64,000 bases of DNA. Origin: Bacteroidales bacterium. Lineage in GTDB: Bacteria; Bacteroidota; Bacteroidia; Bacteroidales; UBA10428. Location: positions 55,151 through 119,150 of the forward strand of contig DATGXG010000041.1 in assembly GCA_035299085.1 (NCBI GenBank). Direction: 5' to 3'. Of the stretch, positions 40,605 through 47,918 are shown piece by piece (position 1 is the first letter of the stretch; every line of letters starts with the position of its first letter). Made by a program: the position numbers and the translations under genes. The notes beneath the pieces are model-generated. The model was not told the origin of the DNA. It saw only the letters and a list, made by a program, of their open reading frames with translations, and did not search any database.

Positions 40605-41729
40605 ATGAATTCAGTACTTTCAGAAACCAGGAACATCCTAATAGTGGATGAACATGTAGCCCCATTGACCCTTGCAGTTCTCAGATGCCTTGGAAAATTT
40701 AAAGAATACAAGCTTCATGTGCTTTCATTCAGCAAAACCCGTAATCCTCAATTTCGATATTCAAAGTATGCTGACACTTTCGAACGAACCGATTTCATTG
40801 ATGAAGAAAAAACATTTGATTTTATTAAAAAGAGGGCTGAGAAAATAAAAGCCCATATAATCGTTCCGGTAAATGAAAGAATTGTAAAAATCCTTTCAAT
40901 GCATATGGATGATTGCCATGACTTATGCCGGCTTCCACCGATGCCTGAAATAAACACACTGAACATTGTAAGGCATAAATGGGAATTATATAACTGGCTT
41001 TTTAACAACAAATTTCCTGCAGATAAGCCGGTATTATTGAGTGAGGCCATAAAAGAAGAATCGATTAGAAAAAATCTTTGCTTCCCGCTATTAATAAAGC
41101 CCAATTGGGGTTCAGGCGGACATGGTATCAGATATATAGAGAACCTTCATGATTTTGAATCGGTGTTAAACAGTTATCCTGATCCATACGAATATGTTAT
41201 TCAGAGAGTAATTCCCGGCTTTGACATTGATATCAGTTTCCTGGCAAAAGATGGCAGGATTATGGCTTATACAATTCAGCAGAGCATTGAAAAGAAAAAC
41301 AGGTACGCCTATGCCCGGTCATTGAAGTTTACACGTAATGAAGATTTGCTGGGCATAACCGTTGATATAGTAAAAAAACTAAACTATTCTGGTATTGCTC
41401 ACCTTGATTTCCGTTATGACACCGTCGAAAAAAATTATAAACTGGTTGATTTCAATGCACGATACTGGAGCAGTCTGCTTGGATCCTTGTCGGCAGGCAT
41501 TAATTTCCCTTATATGGCTGTTTGCGGCGATGAAATGATAAGCCGGTCAGAGTACAATTCCATAAATTATTATATGGATTTGAATATATTGCGCTTATTG
41601 TGGAAAAAAATACCACTAAGGAATTCCGAATTCTATTACGATATTCGCGACCCGGCTCCTTTGTTTCTTGATTTATTTTACAGGGCGCGTTACCACCTAA
41701 AGAATTTTATTATTCCGAAGAAGCTTTAA
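40605..41729 (+). CDS. ATP-grasp carboxylate-amine ligase (COG3919-like predicted ATP-grasp enzyme)
   Basis: FPLLIKPNWGSGGHGI (glycine-rich loop) and GIAHLDFRYD...YKLVDFNARYW (Mg/ATP-binding C-terminal motif). Confidence 0.75.
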   Translation: MNSVLSETRNILIVDEHVAPLTLAVLRCLGKFKEYKLHVLSFSKTRNPQFRYSKYADTFERTDFIDEEKTFDFIKKRAEKIKAHIIVPVNERIVKILSMHMDDCHDLCRLPPMPEINTLNIVRHKWELYNWLFNNKFPADKPVLLSEAIKEESIRKNLCFPLLIKPNWGSGGHGIRYIENLHDFESVLNSYPDPYEYVIQRVIPGFDIDISFLAKDGRIMAYTIQQSIEKKNRYAYARSLKFTRNEDLLGITVDIVKKLNYSGIAHLDFRYDTVEKNYKLVDFNARYWSSLLGSLSAGINFPYMAVCGDEMISRSEYNSINYYMDLNILRLLWKKIPLRNSEFYYDIRDPAPLFLDLFYRARYHLKNFIIPKKL

Positions 41730-43220
41730 TTTCTCAAGCAGATAATATAAAGTGCTGTAATAAATGGCCTTTGTGATTTTCATTATTCCCAGGTTTTTAC
41801 TGACAATAAGAAAATTTTGTTTAAGATTCGGATTAATTGGTTCCTGAAGTGTTTCAGGCCATATTCTCCGGATCATTTCCAGGTTAAGCAGAAAATCGGG
41901 CTTTTCCCTTTCAGAAACCTGCACTGACATCATTGTCTCGATGAGAATTCGTGAATTGAAGGGAATAATATCCTCCTGTGCAATATCTTTATCAAGCTGC
42001 ACCTGTGTTCCCCAGTTTCCAATGCGCTCTTCCCAATAAAGCAAATATAGCGGGTCAATGGAATAGGACTCACACAGTTCGCGACATGAATCAAACCACC
42101 CTTTAAAATAATCTACTGCATACTTGTATTTTTCAATATGGATGAGTTCTGCAAGGTATTCCGGAGTTATTTGTTTTCCGCTTGTTTCCCAGATTTCTTC
42201 CGCGGCATTAACAAAAATACCGGGCAGATTTACCTTTTCGGAGAAATGAAGATAGTAGTTATATATAAACGGTAAGAATATATCAGTAGCGTACGGATTA
42301 TTTTCATAATAGATCTGCAGAAAGTCTTTGTCTACTTCACCTTTTGCTTCAAGCACATGATATTCCAGTCCCAAACTGGGCAGTAATTTTGACGGAATTG
42401 CAATGTCATAGCTTTTTTTATTTAATCCCGAACGTCTGTTAATATAATAAAACACGCGATTCTGCATATTCTTAGTTGTGGCCAGTAATAATCGCGAGTC
42501 CTTGCCGGCGGTAACAGGCAGCATCATTTGGTACCGGTTTGAAATCGCATTCATATAACCCTGGAGCATTTCAACCGATTCTGATGCAATTTCACTGAGA
42601 GGGCGAATGACGATTTTCTTATTGGGCCAGTACCTGACCTGGCTTATCCTGTTCACATCCAGGTAATGATTGGCTCTGAGTTGGTACATGCCATCATAGC
42701 ATGTGGTATTTCCAATATTTGCGTTATTCAGTCTTTTAAATTCGGAAGAACGGTAAAAAGCGATTTTTTCAGTATCTGAAGTAAAGCAAAGGTTGAGAAC
42801 CCTTGCAAGAAGGTGTGGTTGTGAAGCACAACAAAGGCCTGCCTCATTCTGATAGTAAAAAACTTTCCTCGAAGTGGCCGCATCATTTATCATTCTTATC
42901 TGACCGTGGTTTGAAGAAATCAGAACAAACCGGCCACAATAACGGGATAATTTTTCAGGCAATGCATCCGGGGAATGGTGAATGAGCTCATTGAGAATCT
43001 GTTCGTTGTTATATGCAGTATTTACGTAATCGAACAGGTCACCCAATAAAACCAGGATGTAATCGTTGGACTCCTTTACAGTTACTTTTAAATCAATATG
43101 TGTGTAAAGAAAATAGTTGTATACCCGAAATCTTTTATGCTGAAAAGGACAATCCGTTTCAAATGGCAAAAACAGGTATTGTCTTCTGAAGCGGAGTAAC
43201 TCTTTCTTATGGAATACCAT
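41697..43220 (-). CDS. Asparagine-synthetase-like/PP-loop adenylating enzyme lacking the N-terminal Cys nucleophile (paralog A)
   Basis: - PP-loop-like LPVTAGKDSR at ~aa 233, the position of SGGLDSS in AsnB.
- N-domain pattern RYCGRFVLI...G.I....DAA.SRKVFYY resembles the AsnB/lasso-cyclase GATase-like fold.
- EDIIPFNSRILIE resembles E.R.PFLD..L.E.
- The protein starts MVFHKK, with no Cys2. Confidence 0.55.
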   Translation of the reverse strand: MVFHKKELLRFRRQYLFLPFETDCPFQHKRFRVYNYFLYTHIDLKVTVKESNDYILVLLGDLFDYVNTAYNNEQILNELIHHSPDALPEKLSRYCGRFVLISSNHGQIRMINDAATSRKVFYYQNEAGLCCASQPHLLARVLNLCFTSDTEKIAFYRSSEFKRLNNANIGNTTCYDGMYQLRANHYLDVNRISQVRYWPNKKIVIRPLSEIASESVEMLQGYMNAISNRYQMMLPVTAGKDSRLLLATTKNMQNRVFYYINRRSGLNKKSYDIAIPSKLLPSLGLEYHVLEAKGEVDKDFLQIYYENNPYATDIFLPFIYNYYLHFSEKVNLPGIFVNAAEEIWETSGKQITPEYLAELIHIEKYKYAVDYFKGWFDSCRELCESYSIDPLYLLYWEERIGNWGTQVQLDKDIAQEDIIPFNSRILIETMMSVQVSEREKPDFLLNLEMIRRIWPETLQEPINPNLKQNFLIVSKNLGIMKITKAIYYSTLYYLLEKLKLLRNNKIL

Positions 43221-43401
43221 TGAAAAAATTGATAATTACTGTTCTGAGACTATAACGTTTAAAAGGCAATATTGTTCCAGTTTGTAACAAACCGGGTAAA
43301 TTGCCTGTTTAACCATATCTCATTCTAACCTGTCAATAAAATCAGAAAATATTGACAATTCAAAAATATCAATTAACATTGGACAAAATTGAATCAGTAT
43401 T

Positions 43402-44202
43402 ATGAGCAGCCAGATTATTGCCGTACTAGCCCTGACCTTTCTGATCAATCTCATCACCACTCTTTCGTATGCAGTCAGAATGGTAGGAATCAGGACAGGA
43501 AGGATTGCGGTATCCTTTTCGCTTTTTAACATACTTGTTTTAATTTCAAGGACCGCAAACGGATTCCAGGCACCCTTGCTTGCAAAATCCATTGAGACGA
43601 ATATTAATATGGGGGCAGGAGAAAACCTAACAGAGTTCAGGCTCATCATTCTTTCGTGTACAGTCGCCAGTGTGCTGGGCGGTTTTATGATACCCACATT
43701 TCAGCGGGTTTTATCAGTGGCAGTTGAAAAGTTCAGCATCTATAAATCAATTCCGAGTCTGCTGATGCACAGTTTTTCAAAAAGCGGAATCGCCCAGTTG
43801 AAAGATAATATTGCCATGCCAAGAACAACTAATCTTTCCCAGATCACAATTAAATATGATTTTCCCTGGAAGGTTTTCATAATGAATGTGGCTGCAGTTG
43901 CCATTATCACTGTGGGAGTGCTTTCTTCTTTATATGCAGGATATATAAATCCTGATTTCCGTACAACGGCAAGCAGCCTGTCAGCAGTCATCAACGGCAT
44001 TTCAACGATTCTGATGTTTGTGTTTATTGATCCTTTCCTGTCGATAATGACTGATGACGTGGTGCTGGGCAAAACCCGTGAAAGTGTTTTCAGAAGATAT
44101 ATAGTTTACATGGTAATTGCCCGTGTGCTCGGAACCCTGATCGCCCAGTTCATTTTCATCCCTTCATCAAAGATCATTGCCTGGGTGGCAAGCGTGATTT
44201 AA
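43402..44202 (+). CDS. amj: Amj-family (DUF2837) lipid-linked-precursor flippase-like membrane protein
   Basis: LSYAVRMVGIRTGRIAVSFSLFNILVLISRTANGFQAPLLAK matches my recollection of the conserved Amj/YdaH N-terminal block. It is a 266-aa polytopic membrane protein. Confidence 0.55.
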   Translation: MSSQIIAVLALTFLINLITTLSYAVRMVGIRTGRIAVSFSLFNILVLISRTANGFQAPLLAKSIETNINMGAGENLTEFRLIILSCTVASVLGGFMIPTFQRVLSVAVEKFSIYKSIPSLLMHSFSKSGIAQLKDNIAMPRTTNLSQITIKYDFPWKVFIMNVAAVAIITVGVLSSLYAGYINPDFRTTASSLSAVINGISTILMFVFIDPFLSIMTDDVVLGKTRESVFRRYIVYMVIARVLGTLIAQFIFIPSSKIIAWVASVI

Positions 44203-44207
44203 TCGTT

Positions 44208-44259
44208 CCGTCATTGCGATGACCGATTTCTACGGTCAGAAGCAATCTGCCGGCACAGG
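44208..44259. repeat. Interspersed repeat copy (CCGTCATTGCGATGACCGATTTCTACGGTCAGAAGCAATCTGCCGGCACAGG) directly after the amj-like stop
   Basis: Near-identical to 55327-55375, with a few substitutions, which directly follows the GH27 stop. Confidence 0.8.
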
Positions 44260-44373
44260 CAACACGATGCAAAGACAAACAATATGATCTCATGAGTCCT
44301 GTATGTCGTATAGGTCCCATAAATAAACATCGAACAAAGAACACCGATTTAAGATTTAAGAAGTTTTACACCC

Positions 44374-44838
44374 ATGCGAAGACACGACAAAGAAATAAAA
44401 GACGAAGCTGTTATAAGAAAAATTCTTGAAGAGTCGGGTTTATGCCGGCTGGGCTTCGTAGATAACGGAGAAGCCTATATAGTTCCTGTAAACTATGCGT
44501 GCGAAGGTATGACGATTTATTTTCATTCAGCACCGGCAGGCCGTAAAATCGAACTGATGAAGAAAAATAACCGGATAAGTTTCGAAATTGAACACACGGC
44601 AGAGATCATTACCGGCGAATTGCCCTGTTCATGGACAGCCCGGTACAGATCAGTTATGGGGAGGGGAATTATCAGTATTGAAACTGATCCTGTACTGAAG
44701 AAACAGGGATTGGACCTTATCATGCGGAAGTATGGCGCTGAAATGGAATTAAATTACGATGAAAATGTATTTTCAAGAATGATCATTATTAAGCTTGAAA
44801 TTCAATCCTTAACCGGAAAACAATCTGGAATCTGGTAA
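44374..44838 (+). CDS. Pyridoxamine-5'-phosphate-oxidase-fold flavoprotein of the Nim (5-nitroimidazole reductase-like) family
   Basis: MRRHDKEI...IRKILEES..CRLGFVDNGEAYIVPVNYA.EGMTIYFHSAPAGRKIELMKKNNRISFEIE follows the NimA-type pattern. Confidence 0.7.
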   Translation: MRRHDKEIKDEAVIRKILEESGLCRLGFVDNGEAYIVPVNYACEGMTIYFHSAPAGRKIELMKKNNRISFEIEHTAEIITGELPCSWTARYRSVMGRGIISIETDPVLKKQGLDLIMRKYGAEMELNYDENVFSRMIIIKLEIQSLTGKQSGIW

Positions 44839-44923
44839 ATGTAATAACCCTCAAAACCCAATCACATGAACCCCATCCTTCTTTTGTTACCCTTGAAGGG
44901 TACCCTCACCCTTTAAGGTGGTA

Positions 44924-46462
44924 TTAAGACGTTTCGGCAGACGAAGTTCTGTGGCGGCGGTAGTAGTTTATTGTTCTCAGCGGTTGAAAAAGAAATGAAT
45001 AATAGAGTGCTTTGGCTGGCTTCATCAAGCCCAGAGTCTGGGTAAACCGCAACATTTTACGTGAAACCGGCATGCTGAAAGGTTGCTGCAAAGCCTCCGG
45101 CCATAAATTTCGGATTATTTCACGGTGGAAAAGGAAATAAGGTTTCTGACGGGTTGTCACATCGGCCCGAAGCATAGTCTGAATAAGCAACCTTGAGTTG
45201 TATGGGATAATGTCCTCCTGTGCAATATCTTTATCTATCTGCAGGTGAGTTGCCCAGTTTGCATTCCTCTCTTCCCAATAATACAGGTTCAGTATATTCA
45301 GATTACTTTTTTTACAGGCATCACTGCATTCGTTAAGCCATTTGCTATAATAATTCACAGCATATTCATATGAATCAAGATGAAGTATGGATGCAAGTTT
45401 CTCACCGGTTAAGCTGTTCGATGACCCGAAAACATCCTCTATAATATTAATGAAAATGCCAGGCAGGTTCACTTTGTTGCTGAAGTTCAGGTAATAATTA
45501 TAGATTATGGGCAGGTATTCTGCAGAAGCATACGGGTCATTTTCGAAATAAATCTTTTTGAAATCGGGGTCAATATCACAATAGGGATTAACAAGGTGAT
45601 GGGTGAGATTCAGTGAAGGAAAAAGTTTCTGAGGAATTGATACATCCTGGCTACCCCGGTTCAGCTTCTTTTCGAAATTCAGATAATAATAAATACGGCT
45701 TGTGAAGGGTTTTGTAGAACATAAAAGAATACGTGAATCTTTGCCTGCCGTAACAGGTAGCATGACAGGATACCTGCGGCTGATGCTGTCCATGTAACCC
45801 CTGATCATAACGGCGCATTGTGCAGCCACTTCATCATAAGGCCTGGGCTCGATAACCTGGTCAGGCCAATAACGGATTGCATTACTATCACTCAGATCCA
45901 GATAATGATTGGGTAAAAGTTGGTATAAATTGTCATACATCGTATAATTACAGATATCGGATCCGGTCAGCCTTAAGAAATCTGGAGATTCATAATACTT
46001 TAATCTTTCCTTGTTTTGTGTTCTCGGAAGATCTAAAATTTTTGCCACAAGGTGAGATTGCGAAGCAAGGCATACTTCGCCGTTATGGATATAATAATAA
46101 ACTTTTCGTGAAGCAGCCGCATCGTGAACCACAGTGATCTTTCCATTATAGCAGCATATCAGCACAAACCGACCGCAATATCTCGCAATTATGGTAAGAA
46201 GATTCTTGAAATCCCATTTTATTAAATCGTTCAGTATTTCCTGGTTGCCAAAGCCACTGTTATCATAATCAAATATATCACCCAATAAAATCAGTTTTCT
46301 TGTATCTTCCTCCTTCACCGTAACTACAAGGTCTATATGAGTGTACAAATGCAATTTTTCATTAACAGCATATTCATTATACAAAAAAGGGCAGTCAACA
46401 GAAAATGAGGTCAGTACATACTGCCTCCTGAATTTTAAGCGTTCAATTTCATAAACAGTCAT
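44924..46462 (-). CDS. Asparagine-synthetase-like/PP-loop adenylating enzyme lacking the N-terminal Cys nucleophile (paralog B)
   Basis: Collinear with 41697..43220. By eye, about half the residues are identical. Shared blocks: LPVTAGKDSR, VNLPGIF.N, YWEER..NW.T..Q.DKDIAQEDIIP.NSR.LI.TM. Confidence 0.55.
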   Translation of the reverse strand: MTVYEIERLKFRRQYVLTSFSVDCPFLYNEYAVNEKLHLYTHIDLVVTVKEEDTRKLILLGDIFDYDNSGFGNQEILNDLIKWDFKNLLTIIARYCGRFVLICCYNGKITVVHDAAASRKVYYYIHNGEVCLASQSHLVAKILDLPRTQNKERLKYYESPDFLRLTGSDICNYTMYDNLYQLLPNHYLDLSDSNAIRYWPDQVIEPRPYDEVAAQCAVMIRGYMDSISRRYPVMLPVTAGKDSRILLCSTKPFTSRIYYYLNFEKKLNRGSQDVSIPQKLFPSLNLTHHLVNPYCDIDPDFKKIYFENDPYASAEYLPIIYNYYLNFSNKVNLPGIFINIIEDVFGSSNSLTGEKLASILHLDSYEYAVNYYSKWLNECSDACKKSNLNILNLYYWEERNANWATHLQIDKDIAQEDIIPYNSRLLIQTMLRADVTTRQKPYFLFHREIIRNLWPEALQQPFSMPVSRKMLRFTQTLGLMKPAKALYYSFLFQPLRTINYYRRHRTSSAETS

Positions 46463-46666
46463 ACGTGTGTTGACCTTTTAAGATTAAACAATAGAATGAA
46501 TTTTTTTGATTGGGAGGATTAGCTAACCTACGATTCAGTAACAATGCGTGAAAAATTAAGTTGGAAAGACCAGTAAAGTCAAGGGTAAAAAATATTTAAT
46601 ACCCTGATTGAGTCCTAATTACAGAGTGTTAAAATTTCCTGATCGCCCAAAAGAAGGCTATGACTA

Positions 46667-46888
46667 TCAAAATAGCTTCCTGATAATCCAAATTACCAGT
46701 GATACCAAGATACTGAATAAGATCATTGTTGTAATCGGGAAGTATAACCTGAAATGATCTCTTTCGATGCGGATATCACCAGGAAGACGACCAACCCAGT
46801 TGAGCCGGTTACCGCCCAGTAACAGGATTAACCCGGCCGCAACCAGGAAGATTCCCAAAATTATAAGTGTTTTTGCCAGATATGACAT
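46667..46888 (-). CDS. DUF2905-family small membrane protein
   Basis: 73 aa with two transmembrane helices. RLPGDIRIERDHFRLYFPI matches the family's signature. Confidence 0.7.
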   Translation of the reverse strand: MSYLAKTLIILGIFLVAAGLILLLGGNRLNWVGRLPGDIRIERDHFRLYFPITTMILFSILVSLVIWIIRKLF

Positions 46889-46985
46889 ACTGCAAAGGTA
46901 GTGTGAAAGTGAGATTAGGTGACGGTCTTATTTAGAACTTATTTTATTCAATCTAACAAAGTATTTAGCCAGGTCGTCACTAAAT

Positions 46986-47004
46986 TTGCAACCAAATAGT
47001 TGCA
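46986..47004. promoter_or_regulatory. Candidate ArsR operator: inverted repeat TTGCAAC-CAAATA-GTTGCA
   Basis: Read directly. It ends 9 nt upstream of the arsR-family ATG at 47014. Confidence 0.4.
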
Positions 47005-47013
47005 TAAACAACC

Positions 47014-47406
47014 ATGAGCACTGATGTTTTTCATGCCATAGCTGACCCGACCCGAAGGTCAATCCTTGTTCTGATTGCAGAACAGGCAATGACTCCCGGT
47101 TCAATAGCCGGAAATTTCGATGCCAGCCGGCAGGCCGTTTCAAAACATATTAAGATCCTGTTAAAGAGTAATTTACTGAAACAGGAAAAGATAGGTCGGG
47201 AAATCCTTTATCATCTTAATCCGGATAAAATGACAGAGGTGAATGTTTGGCTTGATCAGCTTAAAGTGAAGTGGGAACAACGATTCAGTCAGCTTGATAT
47301 AGTATTAACTAACTTAAATGCAAACCAAAATGAAAACAAGCACTATGATCATGAATTTCTCGGTAGAAAGGGAAAACAAAAGAATAAAGGTGGAAAGGGA
47401 ATTTGA
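47014..47406 (+). CDS. ArsR/SmtB-family transcriptional regulator
   Basis: FHAIADPTRRSILVLI...SRQAVSKHIKILLKSNLL is the winged-HTH ArsR signature. Confidence 0.85.
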   Translation: MSTDVFHAIADPTRRSILVLIAEQAMTPGSIAGNFDASRQAVSKHIKILLKSNLLKQEKIGREILYHLNPDKMTEVNVWLDQLKVKWEQRFSQLDIVLTNLNANQNENKHYDHEFLGRKGKQKNKGGKGI

Positions 47407-47821
47407 TGCCCCTGTATTAAAAGTATGGAATGCATGGACTGACAGCAAATTGCTCGATCAGTGGTGGGCTCCGAAGCCCTGGAAAGCGCAGACAAAACGC
47501 ATGAATTTTGCCAGGGGAGGACACTGGCTCTATGCCATGGTGGGACCTGATGGAACTTCGAGCTGGTGCAAAGCTGATTTTAAAGAAGTGGAGCCTTTGA
47601 AGCGGTTTGCAGTCACTGATTATTTTTGTGATGAAAACGGAAATATCGATAATTCATTCCCGGTTGCCCATTGGGACGTTACATTCACACAAAGGAATAC
47701 TACAACACTTGTGAATGTTCAGATTTCATTTAACGAAACAGCAGATCTTGATAAGTACATTGAAATGGGATTCAGGGAAGGCTTCACCGCAGCTCTGGAA
47801 AACCTGGATGGGATGGTGTAA
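47330..47821 (+). CDS. SRPBCC/AHSA1-domain protein (Aha1-like), start uncertain
   Basis: VEREFDAPVLKVWNAWTDSKLLDQWWAPKPW is typical of the family. Candidate starts are at 47318, 47330, 47345 and 47351, and all of them overlap the ArsR tail. Confidence 0.7.
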   Translation: MKTSTMIMNFSVERENKRIKVEREFDAPVLKVWNAWTDSKLLDQWWAPKPWKAQTKRMNFARGGHWLYAMVGPDGTSSWCKADFKEVEPLKRFAVTDYFCDENGNIDNSFPVAHWDVTFTQRNTTTLVNVQISFNETADLDKYIEMGFREGFTAALENLDGMV

Positions 47822-47872
47822 TGAAAGTAATTAAGCTTTTAAGCTGTTAAGGCTAAAAGTTCAGGCAGCTAG

Positions 47873-47892
47873 GCGTAGTCTCCGGACTACGC
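47873..47892. terminator. Hairpin GCGTAGTC-tccg-GACTACGC between convergent genes
   Basis: Perfect 8-bp stem. No strong U-run on either side. Confidence 0.45.
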
Positions 47893-47918
47893 TTAACCAC
47901 CTCTGATCTTCTAAACCG

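Noticed and set aside
39930-46666. Lasso-peptide or other RiPP gene cluster, suggested by the Cys-less AsnB-like enzymes plus an ATP-grasp
   Set aside because: I scanned the intergenic regions 40440-40604, 43221-43401, 44203-44373, 44839-44923 and 46463-46666. They yielded only 10-14-codon ORFs with no leader/core-like features. No B-type protease, RRE protein or dedicated exporter lies in the cluster. The only transglutaminase-like gene is 17 kb away.
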